The position numbers and the translations under genes are program-made. The notes beneath the pieces were generated by a model. The model was given only the letters and a program-made list of their open reading frames with translations. It was not told where the DNA came from and ran no database searches. A DNA stretch of 64,000 bases from an archaeon (GTDB lineage: Archaea; Thermoproteota; Nitrososphaeria; Nitrososphaerales; Gagatemarchaeaceae), in NCBI GenBank assembly GCA_021823325.1, contig JAKAOG010000002.1, positions 72,651 to 136,650 of the forward strand, given 5' to 3'. Below, one piece after another: positions 1 through 8,162 of the stretch. Within the stretch, counting starts at the first letter, position 1. The number at the start of each line of letters is the position of its first letter.

Positions 1-19
1 GACGACCCCCAGGAGGGCC

Positions 20-520
20 ATGGAAAGGCAGAGGGACCTGCAGTCGAGGGAGTCTTTGCTCCTCTCCGTCTCTGCGAGGGCCTGCCTTGCGGTCACCGGT
101 TCGAGGGCGCGCACGCTTCTGATGCTCCGGTCGAAGGAGGAAGGGACCGAGCGCGCGATGCGCGCGGCCGCCAGGCTGGTCCTGCTCGGCACCAGGGTCG
201 AGGTCGCGCTTGGCGAGGCTTCGAACACCCTCGTCTCGCTTTCTGCCGCGGCTGCGTTCCGGGGCCTCGCCAGCCTGAGGCCCGAAGGGATCGAGGGAGG
301 GGACGAAGAATCGAAAGGGCTCGCCTCGGCGAGGGAGCTGAGCCGCGAGACCAAGGTCCCGATGCTCATGACGGTCTGCTTCTTCTCTCCGATCCTGATG
401 GTGCTGTACGCCGTGTTTTCGCAGTCATACAGCCTGGAAAGCGTTTCAGAGCTCGCCGCCCTCGAGCTGATAGTCGTCGACCTGGCGTACTTCCTGACCT
501 CGAGTCAGGAGGGTCGATGA
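20..520 (+). CDS. TadB/TadC-like (T2SS-F domain-like) half-size membrane protein; frame is open back to nt 2, so it may be truncated by the window edge
   Basis: Helical N-terminal part followed by hydrophobic segments (PMLMTVCFFSPILMVLYAVF). AGGAGG lies just upstream of ATG-20. Stop overlaps the next start (ATGA at 517-520). Confidence 0.35.
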   Translation: MERQRDLQSRESLLLSVSARACLAVTGSRARTLLMLRSKEEGTERAMRAAARLVLLGTRVEVALGEASNTLVSLSAAAAFRGLASLRPEGIEGGDEESKGLASARELSRETKVPMLMTVCFFSPILMVLYAVFSQSYSLESVSELAALELIVVDLAYFLTSSQEGR

Positions 521-1155
521 TGGCGAAGGGCGTCTCCCGGATGCTGTCGCTAAGGAGGGTGCTCGAAGGCGTGGGAGAGGGCTCCGGGATCTCTCGCGCC
601 ATTGTCAGAGAGCTCGGAAAGGGAGACCGTGTCGGACAGGGGGTGGCGAGGATGCTCCTCCTTGGGAACTCGATCGAGGGCTCGCTGCGCTCGCTGTCGG
701 AGGATGGGTCGGAGGAGGAGTCGATGCTCGCGTCGTTGATAGTGGCGGCCCCTTCCAGCAGCGCCCCCATGGTGGGAAGGACGGGCGGAGCCCTCGCGAC
801 GACCCTGCAGCGGTGGGCGGAAGCGAAGGAGAGCAGGGCGCTGGAGCAGAAGGTGCTCAGGTTCAGGAGCCTGGTGACCTCAGGGATACTGGGCGCCGTC
901 ACCGCGATGGTCGCGACGCTGGGCCCGCTGGTGGGTTCGTTGAGCAGCGCCCTGGGAGCGCCCTCCGGGCCGGGAGCCCTCGTCTACGGAGCCGCGGCGA
1001 TGACGGCCATCGGGTCAGGGACGCTCGGGGCGTACACGTCTGGCAGGAAGTTCTACGCCAACGTGGCGGTCGCCCTCGCCGCCTTCGGCATCGTCTTCCT
1101 CGCGGCCTCCCCCCTGGCAGCGGTCACGGTGACGGGCCCGTGGGGCGTTAAATAG
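517..1155 (+). CDS. TadB/TadC-like (T2SS-F domain-like) membrane protein
   Basis: About 110 aa soluble helical region (LASLIVAA...GGALATTLQRWAEAKESRALEQKVLRFRS) followed by three predicted TM helices. This layout is typical of T2SS-F repeats. Confidence 0.45.
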   Translation: MMAKGVSRMLSLRRVLEGVGEGSGISRAIVRELGKGDRVGQGVARMLLLGNSIEGSLRSLSEDGSEEESMLASLIVAAPSSSAPMVGRTGGALATTLQRWAEAKESRALEQKVLRFRSLVTSGILGAVTAMVATLGPLVGSLSSALGAPSGPGALVYGAAAMTAIGSGTLGAYTSGRKFYANVAVALAAFGIVFLAASPLAAVTVTGPWGVK

Positions 1156-1175
1156 AGAAAACGGCCTCTGCGTCC

Positions 1176-1385
1176 ATGAAACTTCACCTGGGAAGGCGTT
1201 CGGAGCGGAGAGGCGCGCAGCTGATCGAGGAGGCGCTGCTGCTGTCGGTCGCCCTCGTGTCGTTGAGCCTGCTGGTGGGCGGGATAGAGTCCATCCTCAA
1301 GCAGAGCGCGTCGTACACCTCCAACGTATGGAATTCGATCACCAACTCGCTGAGCGGCGCCCTCGGGTCCATCTTCCACTGGTGA
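1176..1385 (+). CDS. Small class III signal peptide protein (archaeal type IV pilin / Flp-like)
   Basis: N-terminus is MKLHLGRRSERRG|AQLIEEALLLSVALVSLSLLVGG: basic leader, Gly at -1, Glu at +5, then a hydrophobic helix. 69 aa. Confidence 0.55.
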   Translation: MKLHLGRRSERRGAQLIEEALLLSVALVSLSLLVGGIESILKQSASYTSNVWNSITNSLSGALGSIFHW

Positions 1386-1411
1386 GACGGTTGCGCTCGA
1401 CAAAAGAGGCG

Positions 1412-3127
1412 ATGGCGCAGGCGGCATGGCGGTTCAGGCCTCAGGCAGGGATCGGGCTGGAAGATGTGGGCATCGGAGACGGGAAGTACATGGTGGTCTC
1501 CGACGGCTCCAGGGTGAGGAGCATGGCGCTGTTCAGGGTAGGAGTCCCCGACTCGGTCGAAGACTCGAAGCTTGACTACTCCGCAGCCCTGAAGTCGACC
1601 CTGCACCAGCAGAGGATGAAAGGGCTCTTCGAAGGGCTCCGCAGGGCGGGGGTCCCGTTCGTCTACATGATGCTGATGGACCATCCGGAACAGGAGGGCG
1701 AGTCTCCTCCTGTCATGCAGTTCGACCTCGTGGTGGGGACGTGGGTCGACTCCAAGAAGAAGGAAGACAGGAGCCAGTCGCTGGAGCAGAGGGCGAGCAT
1801 ACTTTCCGCCACCATCGGGGTGGCTCTCCCGGCCGCCCGGGTCGTCCGGCTCGCCAGGGGAGAGCTCGCCGGGTTCATGAAGTCGGCTCTCCTTCCCGGA
1901 GGGAGGTCGCTGCCGCAGACCGGTACCCCGGCCGTGGCGGGCGCCTTGTGCACCTTCGACGAGATGTCTCCTCTCGCCGCCACCTTCGAGAAGTCCCCCG
2001 ACTACTACATCCCTAACGCGGAGGAGTCGGGCCAGGAAGGAATCCTACTCGGGGCGGTGAAATCCTCCGGAAGGGAGTTCCACGACTTCCGGCTCCAGCT
2101 CGACGACCTCAAGAGGCACGTCAGCATACTGGGGATGACAGGCTCGGGCAAGTCCACCACCGCGTCGCTCATCGTCAGGCAGGTCGCAGAAGCTGGGCTC
2201 CCGACCCTCGTCCTGGACTGGCACAACGAGCACGCTGCGGCGGTGATAGGCGCGGGAGGGAAGGTCGTCGCCCCGGGAAAGGACGACTTCGCGGTCAACC
2301 CCCTGGAGGTCGGCCCCGGCATCGACCCGGCCGAGCACATCGCAATGGTCTCGGACATCTTCTCCGACGTCTACCACTTCACCCATCCGCAGGCCTACAT
2401 GTTCAGAAACGCGCTGCAGAAGCGCCTGAGCGAATGCGCCCCCGACGAGGTCCCGACGATAGAGGGGCTCGTCAGCACCATAGAGTCATATCCGCTGAGG
2501 TCGGCGTACGACAACGAGACGAAGGTGGCCCTCCTCAGGAGGCTGGTGCCGCTGAAGGAGGGGCAGGCAGGGAGGGCGCTTGGCGGGTCCGGCCCCCTGA
2601 AGCTCGAAGAGATGCTGAGCACGGTGGTCTGCGTCGAGCTCGGCCACATGAGGGACATCCAGTCGAGGGCCATATTCTGCGACGTGATGCTGAAGATGAT
2701 ATACGAAGAGAAGGTGAAGCAGAAGTCCCCGATGGACCATCTCACGCTCGTGGAAGAAGCCAGGAACATCGCCCCCGCCAGGAGGCCGGAGGACCCCCCG
2801 ACTGTCGGGGAGAGGATGATCTCCGAGCTGAGGAAGTTCGGGGAGTCGATGGCGTTCGTCGCGCAGTTCCCAAGCCACGTCGCCCCCGAGGTCGTCAAGA
2901 ACTCCGGGACGAAGATCGTCCACAGGCTCGCCTGGCCGGACGACGTGTCCCTCATAGGGGACTCCGTGGGGCTGAGCCAGAAGCAGCGGGAGCACCTGAC
3001 CAAGCTCAAGGTCGGAGAGGCGGTGGTCAGCCTCGGAAGGCTCCCTAGCCCGCTCCTCGTGCAGGTGAGGGCCGACCCAGTTCAGCCTGTGGAGAGCAGG
3101 GACATGAGCTTCGCGCCCGTGCCGTAG
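1412..3127 (+). CDS. HerA/FtsK/VirB4-superfamily P-loop ATPase (DUF87-like)
   Basis: Walker A ILGMTGSGKSTT, LVLDWHNEH, Walker B-like HLTLVEEARNIAP. ATG at 1412 is preceded by AAGAGG. The track start at 1328 would overlap the pilin gene. Confidence 0.75.
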   Translation: MAQAAWRFRPQAGIGLEDVGIGDGKYMVVSDGSRVRSMALFRVGVPDSVEDSKLDYSAALKSTLHQQRMKGLFEGLRRAGVPFVYMMLMDHPEQEGESPPVMQFDLVVGTWVDSKKKEDRSQSLEQRASILSATIGVALPAARVVRLARGELAGFMKSALLPGGRSLPQTGTPAVAGALCTFDEMSPLAATFEKSPDYYIPNAEESGQEGILLGAVKSSGREFHDFRLQLDDLKRHVSILGMTGSGKSTTASLIVRQVAEAGLPTLVLDWHNEHAAAVIGAGGKVVAPGKDDFAVNPLEVGPGIDPAEHIAMVSDIFSDVYHFTHPQAYMFRNALQKRLSECAPDEVPTIEGLVSTIESYPLRSAYDNETKVALLRRLVPLKEGQAGRALGGSGPLKLEEMLSTVVCVELGHMRDIQSRAIFCDVMLKMIYEEKVKQKSPMDHLTLVEEARNIAPARRPEDPPTVGERMISELRKFGESMAFVAQFPSHVAPEVVKNSGTKIVHRLAWPDDVSLIGDSVGLSQKQREHLTKLKVGEAVVSLGRLPSPLLVQVRADPVQPVESRDMSFAPVP

Positions 3128-3639
3128 GTGGGCAACCAGTCGATGGTCGCGCCGGCGCTCCTCCTTCGCGCCACCGCGGCGATAGCCGCCGCTGCGGCCT
3201 CTGAAGGGTCGGTTTCGGTGGTGTCGACCTCGACGACCTTTGCCGGGCCGAACGCGCCGACCGCTTCCGAGTAGACGGCGCCGATCAGCTCCGCCTCGAC
3301 GTTCTCCAGGACCTTCGCCCGGGGATATCGCCTGGAGGTGAGCCTCCCCTTCAGGACGGACGGCTCGCACCGGAGGACGACGGCAATCGACAACCTCGAG
3401 CGGCCGACGGCGTACGGGAGCAGGTGGCCGTACAGCACGGCGGAACCGTCGACGCTCGCTTCGATCGCCTTCTTCAGCGTCGCCGTGTCGACCTCCCCCC
3501 CTCTCCCGAGCAGCCTCCGGTCCTCCGCGAACGCGTTCAGCCCGATGCATGGGAGCCCCAGCCCTTCTGCGACGAGCGGGGCGACCGACTTCTTACCGGT
3601 GCCGGGGGTCCCGGTTATCCCCACTATGCCTCGAGGCAT
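3082..3639 (-). CDS. fap7: Fap7 / adenylate kinase isoenzyme 6-type NTPase
   Basis: N-terminal P-loop IVGITGTPGTGKKSV, about 185 aa, C-terminal IDW motif. Converges on the HerA-like gene with a 46-nt overlap. Confidence 0.7.
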   Translation of the reverse strand: MPRGIVGITGTPGTGKKSVAPLVAEGLGLPCIGLNAFAEDRRLLGRGGEVDTATLKKAIEASVDGSAVLYGHLLPYAVGRSRLSIAVVLRCEPSVLKGRLTSRRYPRAKVLENVEAELIGAVYSEAVGAFGPAKVVEVDTTETDPSEAAAAAIAAVARRRSAGATIDWLPTYGTGAKLMSLLSTG

Positions 3640-3655
3640 CTTCCGCGGCAGGGGC

Positions 3656-4213
3656 CTAGGCCGCCTTCGCCGTGGCCGTCCCCCTCAGCTTCGTCTTCCA
3701 GTGCTCCCTGAACTTCGCGAGCTTGGGAGCGATCACGGCCTGGCAGTAGGGCTTCGACGCGTTCCGCCTGAAGTATTCTCTGTGGTAGTCCTCTGCAGGA
3801 TAGAACGCCTCCAGCGGGACGACCTCGGTCACGATGGGGTTGCGGAACACCCTCTCTGCAGACAGTTCCCGGATGATGTCGAGGGACTGCGTCCTCTGGG
3901 CGTCGTTCGCGTAGAAGACTACAGACCGGTACTGGCTTCCGACGTCAGCCCCCTGCCTGTTCAGGGTGGTCGGGTCGTGGGTGGAGAAGAAGACCTCGAG
4001 GAGCTCCCTGAAGCTTATCGCGGCTGGATCGAACGTGACCTGTGCCACTTCGGCGTGCCCGGTCGTGTCGGTGCAGACCTGCTCGTAGGTGGGGTCCTTG
4101 ACGCTCCCCCCCGAGTACCCGGGCTCGACCCTCACCACCCCCTCGAGCTCAGAGAAGACCGCCTCTGAGCACCAGAAGCACCCGCTACCGAAGGTCGCGA
4201 CCTCGATTTTCAA
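3656..4213 (-). CDS. msrA: Peptide methionine (S)-S-oxide reductase MsrA
   Basis: GSGCFWCSEAVF active-site motif, GHAEVAQVTFDP, YHREYF. Confidence 0.9.
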   Translation of the reverse strand: MKIEVATFGSGCFWCSEAVFSELEGVVRVEPGYSGGSVKDPTYEQVCTDTTGHAEVAQVTFDPAAISFRELLEVFFSTHDPTTLNRQGADVGSQYRSVVFYANDAQRTQSLDIIRELSAERVFRNPIVTEVVPLEAFYPAEDYHREYFRRNASKPYCQAVIAPKLAKFREHWKTKLRGTATAKAA

Positions 4214-4241
4214 CTGAACCCGGTTGAAGCGCTCCCTTTGT

Positions 4242-5201
4242 TTAAAGCTTCAGGGAGAATCCGCCTGCTATGCGCAGCGGCCCGCCGTTGAGATCCACGA
4301 CCGCTCCCCTCCCTCCGTCCCAGACGGGGACCTGCCACGGGAGCTTCGCGGACATCTTCCCCTCGGACTTCGTTATCTTGGCCGGGACCATTTCGCCGGG
4401 GAGCTGGACGTGGAGCTCCCTTGAGGCGACCTCCTGTCTGTAGAACTGCGACAGTTGGAAGTCGAACGAGATTGTGTCCGAGACCTGGAGGGAACCGTCG
4501 TCGAGCCAGTGCGAGCGCTCCAGGTCCTTCGGCTCGACCCCCCTCAGCGAAAGCCCCACCCTGACCCCCCGGCCCGCCGAGTCGAAGTCCACGTCGTTCA
4601 CCTGGATGCCTTTGACGTCGGCACGGACCCCTTCCGCTCCCGGGATCGCACGGAGCTGCGAATGGACAGAGACCGTGCCTGAAAGGACGAAGCCGAGGGC
4701 CACCGTCCCCACCCCCTTCACGCTGAACGCCCTGTCGATGTAGATGAGCGTCTTCCCCTGGGGGAAGTCCTCCCTCGGCTTCGCCCCGGAGAGGTCGATG
4801 GCCGACGAGGAGGTCTGGCGCTCCTCCACCGGGTACTGGGCAGGGGCCGTCCCCCTGAGCGCAGCGGATGCGGCCTGGGGGATAGCCGTTCCGTCCAGGA
4901 CTTCGATCGTTCCGCGGAGGCCGAACGCGCCTAGGAGGACGGCGAGCTCGCCGTCAGGGGGGGCGAGCTTTCCCGACTTTGGATAGAAATAGAGCGCGTG
5001 GTCCACGAGCGAAGCGATCCGGGCGTACCCCTGGACCCTGTCCGGGAAGTCTGCGGTGTCGAGCAGGGAGTACCTGCGCCCCGCCTCGGTCCTGGAGTAG
5101 ACCGCTATCCCCTCGGCTTCGCTCTTCTTGGCGACGGAAGCTTCGAAGGCGGCCTTCGCGGGCTGGTCGGTCCCGAACACGCCGATGCAGATGCCGTCCA
5201 T
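4242..5201 (-). CDS. EF-Tu/SelB-like protein with degenerate G domain and EF-Tu domain II-like beta barrels
   Basis: DRAFSVKGVGTVALGFVLSGTV is a domain II signature. The P-loop position reads GVFGTDQPAK and the DxxG position reads DTADFPD. ATG at 5201 avoids overlap with the upstream gene. Confidence 0.55.
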   Translation of the reverse strand: MDGICIGVFGTDQPAKAAFEASVAKKSEAEGIAVYSRTEAGRRYSLLDTADFPDRVQGYARIASLVDHALYFYPKSGKLAPPDGELAVLLGAFGLRGTIEVLDGTAIPQAASAALRGTAPAQYPVEERQTSSSAIDLSGAKPREDFPQGKTLIYIDRAFSVKGVGTVALGFVLSGTVSVHSQLRAIPGAEGVRADVKGIQVNDVDFDSAGRGVRVGLSLRGVEPKDLERSHWLDDGSLQVSDTISFDFQLSQFYRQEVASRELHVQLPGEMVPAKITKSEGKMSAKLPWQVPVWDGGRGAVVDLNGGPLRIAGGFSLKL

Positions 5202-5202
5202 G

Positions 5203-5847
5203 TCAGACGCCCGCCGCTCCCGGGATGGGCCTGTTTGCGAACCTGAAGACCGCGTAAGCGAACGCGGCGAAGAGCGGGACCAGAAGGACGTCGTTGAGCT
5301 GCACAAGCGTCTCTCCGAACCAGAACGCCGAGAACGTGAGCAGAAGGCCGGACACCACGACCTTCATGTTGGCCTGCTTCACCTTCCTCACCTGGGACCT
5401 GAGCGCGAACGCCGCGGCGACGACGACGACCACTCCGGCGGCGAACCCCAGGGTCGCGGAGTCGAAGCTCTCAGGAATCAGCCCCACCAGGACGATAGAC
5501 GCCTCGAACGCCTCCACCGCCCCTACCGAGAAGCCCGTGTACATCAACCCCCTTTCGAACTTCTCGGCCGTGAACCCCGTCGTCTTGCTCTTGACGACCG
5601 ACCGCCTCGCGCTTTTCGCGAGCCTGAGGCCGAAGTAGAGGAGGAGGACCCCTCCGATGAGCCGGACGAGCACCAGCGGGAGGAGCGCGACCAGCCCCCC
5701 CACCAGGAAGGTGGGGACGAAGACCACCGCGGTCCCTGCGGCGATGAAAAGGAACGCCGCGTAGCTCCTGGATTCAGCGAAGAGCGCGAGCCCGACCGCC
5801 GCCGCTTCGGCGAGCTCCAGCACCGTTATGCCGAGCGCGGCCAGCAT
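5203..5847 (-). CDS. Polytopic membrane protein, possible two-repeat cation transporter-like
   Basis: Six or so hydrophobic helices. Two similar acidic TM motifs (VLELAEAAAVGL and GAVEAFEASIVLVGL). Internal ATG at 5847 was chosen to avoid overlapping the antiporter gene. Confidence 0.45.
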   Translation of the reverse strand: MLAALGITVLELAEAAAVGLALFAESRSYAAFLFIAAGTAVVFVPTFLVGGLVALLPLVLVRLIGGVLLLYFGLRLAKSARRSVVKSKTTGFTAEKFERGLMYTGFSVGAVEAFEASIVLVGLIPESFDSATLGFAAGVVVVVAAAFALRSQVRKVKQANMKVVVSGLLLTFSAFWFGETLVQLNDVLLVPLFAAFAYAVFRFANRPIPGAAGV

Positions 5848-5899
5848 TATCCCTGGATCGAGGTTCAACGTAGGAGGACCCCGGCTCGCTCCTAGGGCT

Positions 5900-7180
5900 T
5901 TAATCGCTTCGCGTCGGAGATTTGCCGGCGAGGCCAGGGGACTCCAGGCCTGCCATGAAGTCCCTGAAGGCAAGCTTCTGTCTTCTGATCCGCCAGATGG
6001 CGCCGGCAGAGGTCACGATGTTCGTGAGTATGATGACGTAGGTCACGATGTTGAGGAAAGCGGAAGCGTGCGGAAGCCCGTCGTCGACCGCGATTATGGC
6101 GAGGGTCGCGGGGACCAGCCCCTGGGCGCACATCAGGACTATCGAGCCCATGTCCTTGCCGAGGTCGGACCCTCTTGTCGACACGGTGGCCGCTATTATC
6201 CTGAAGAGGAGGAGGATGAACAGGACCAGGACGCCGATGTTCAGGTTCGCGTAGATGCTCCCGGTGGATATCTCGAACGTGAGCCCCAGGAAGACGAAGA
6301 AGAGCGTCTCCATCAGGAACGAGAGCTCCTCCTGGAAGACCCCGAGCTTCTGCAGGAGGGGCTCCATGCTCAGGTGGAGGTCGGTCGCCCTACTCAGGAG
6401 CAGGTAGTTGCCGAGGACGACCCCGAATATCAGCACCGAAAGCTCTCCGTTCCCTCCGAGCCGCGAGCTGATCACGTAGGTAGCGAAGACCAGGCCCAGC
6501 GTCAGCACGTAGGTGTACTTGCCGTTCTGCAGCCTGTTCAACAGAATGATCCACACCACGGACAGGAGGGCCCCGAGGACGATGCCGACAGAGAAGTTCG
6601 ACGCCACGGTCTGGAAGGTGGTGAGCCAGTTCGCCCCTCCGGTCTGGTACACCCCCACGAAGGTGAAGAAGAGGATAATCGAGAGGATGGAGTTCATCGC
6701 AGACTCTATCGTGAGGAAGGTCGCCGTCGCCTCGGGGAGCTTGAGAGACCTGGACAGCGGGATGACGACCGCGGCGGTGGTCTCTCCACCCACCATGGAG
6801 GCGAAGATGAAAGAGGAGACCAGGTCCCACCGCTCTAGCAGGTGGACGGCGAAAGCTATCGCGATGGTGCTCAGGACGACGTACATGAAGACCTGGACCG
6901 AAGCGCGGCCTCCTCCCTTCACCAGGGAGCTGAACTTGATGTCCATGCCGCCGTAGAAAAGCACCATGACGAGGGTCAGTTCGGCGAACAGCCCCAGGTA
7001 GGGGAGGAGCTGGACCCTCGAGAGGAGGCCGAAGACCGGCCCGATCAGTATCCCCATCAGGATGAGGAAGAGGAAAGCCGGGACCCCCGTCTTCCTGAAG
7101 AAGAGCTCCCCGGCGAACCCGACCACTATGATCGCGGCGGCGATCGAGAAGACATAGACCACGTCTGGCGGCGGAGCCAT
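5900..7180 (-). CDS. Na+/H+ (CPA1 family) antiporter
   Basis: 426 aa, 11-13 TM helices, NhaP-like motifs (VMVLFYGGMDIKF). Confidence 0.8.
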   Translation of the reverse strand: MAPPPDVVYVFSIAAAIIVVGFAGELFFRKTGVPAFLFLILMGILIGPVFGLLSRVQLLPYLGLFAELTLVMVLFYGGMDIKFSSLVKGGGRASVQVFMYVVLSTIAIAFAVHLLERWDLVSSFIFASMVGGETTAAVVIPLSRSLKLPEATATFLTIESAMNSILSIILFFTFVGVYQTGGANWLTTFQTVASNFSVGIVLGALLSVVWIILLNRLQNGKYTYVLTLGLVFATYVISSRLGGNGELSVLIFGVVLGNYLLLSRATDLHLSMEPLLQKLGVFQEELSFLMETLFFVFLGLTFEISTGSIYANLNIGVLVLFILLLFRIIAATVSTRGSDLGKDMGSIVLMCAQGLVPATLAIIAVDDGLPHASAFLNIVTYVIILTNIVTSAGAIWRIRRQKLAFRDFMAGLESPGLAGKSPTRSD

Positions 7181-7333
7181 GTTGTACCCCGAAGCGGGTG
7201 CATATTTTATGCGTGACTGCGCCTAGAAAGGGGGGAATGGGTGTTCTGCTGCCCCAGAGGGCCGAACCTTCCACGCCAGGAGGGGCCCGCGGCGCAGGAG
7301 CGGAGTTTAAGAATGGGAGTCGGGCACCTTTTC

Positions 7334-7392
7334 ATGGCGGTGAAGCTCGCCGTAACCGCTCGTGGACAACGGGCCAATAGCTTCTACAACAT
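7334..7392 (+). promoter_or_regulatory. Fluoride riboswitch (crcB RNA motif) aptamer
   Basis: GGCGGUGAAGCUCGCCGUAACCGCUCGUGGACAACGGGCCAAUAGCUUCUAC. P1 is GGCG/CGCC. Pseudoknot is GAAGCU (7342-7347) with AGCUUC (7379-7384), followed by UAC. It sits 20 nt upstream of crcB. Confidence 0.7.
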
Positions 7393-7407
7393 AGAACAAG
7401 CGAGCGG

Positions 7408-7794
7408 TTGAAAGTGAGATACGACCTGTTGTACGTCGCAGCCGGAGCCGTGATAGGGGCTACGATGCGCTATGCCATCACGAGCAGGAACATCTACTGG
7501 GGGAGCCTCCCCCTTTCCGTGCTTACCGTGAATGTCGTCGGGAGCCTGATTCTAGGGGTTACCATGGCCGCTGTCCAGAGGCTGGGCGTTGGGAGCGGAT
7601 TCGTGCTCTTCATGGGCATCGGATTTTGCGGGTCTTTCACCACCATGTCTTCGTTGGCCTTCGAGACTGCCAACCTTATGGACGCAGGAATGTTCATCAC
7701 GACGATGGCCGACGTAGGGCTCAACATGGGAGTCTCCGTTCTGGTGATCTTCCTTGGAAGGGCGGTCGTCAACATGCTCATAGGGGGCGCGTAG
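7408..7794 (+). CDS. crcB: Fluoride ion channel CrcB/FEX
   Basis: 128 aa, 4 TM, GAVIGATMRY and GFCGSFTTMSS motifs. Start is TTG 7408 or GTG 7414. Confidence 0.85.
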   Translation: MKVRYDLLYVAAGAVIGATMRYAITSRNIYWGSLPLSVLTVNVVGSLILGVTMAAVQRLGVGSGFVLFMGIGFCGSFTTMSSLAFETANLMDAGMFITTMADVGLNMGVSVLVIFLGRAVVNMLIGGA

Positions 7795-7797
7795 GTC

Positions 7798-8127
7798 GTG
7801 ACAGAGGCGAGGCCCCCGATGAAGCGCATGCTGAAGCTCACCGTCAGGGCGCGCACCGGCGATCAGTTCGAAGGCAGGAACCTCGCCGACTCGCTCTTGG
7901 ACCTCTACAAGAAGCAAGGAATCGGCGGAGCCACCGTATCGCAAGGGATCAAGGGCTACGGACTGCGCGGCGCGGCCAAGATCGACGTCCTGGGGCTGTC
8001 GGTGAGCCTCCCGGTGATAATAGAGACAGTGGGAGACTACGAAAAGGTCGAGCGCGTCCTGGGAGCTGTGAAGAAGATAGTGGGGACCAACGGCATGATT
8101 ACCCTAGAGGAGGTCAACGCGTTCTGA
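7798..8127 (+). CDS. DUF190 (PII-like) protein commonly linked to crcB
   Basis: MLKLTVRARTGDQFEGRNL...GIGGATVSQGIKGYG pattern. Start is GTG 7798 or ATG 7819. Confidence 0.75.
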   Translation: MTEARPPMKRMLKLTVRARTGDQFEGRNLADSLLDLYKKQGIGGATVSQGIKGYGLRGAAKIDVLGLSVSLPVIIETVGDYEKVERVLGAVKKIVGTNGMITLEEVNAF

Positions 8128-8162
8128 GCGACGTCGAAGCGGTCTTCGGAGAAGTGCGCAAG

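Noticed and set aside
2486-3550. A 354-aa minus-strand ORF (and several 100-270 aa ORFs elsewhere) overlapping well-supported genes.
   Set aside because: Arg/Gly/Pro-rich composition with no motifs. They lie antisense or out of frame to genes that carry clear family signatures. They are GC-driven open frames.
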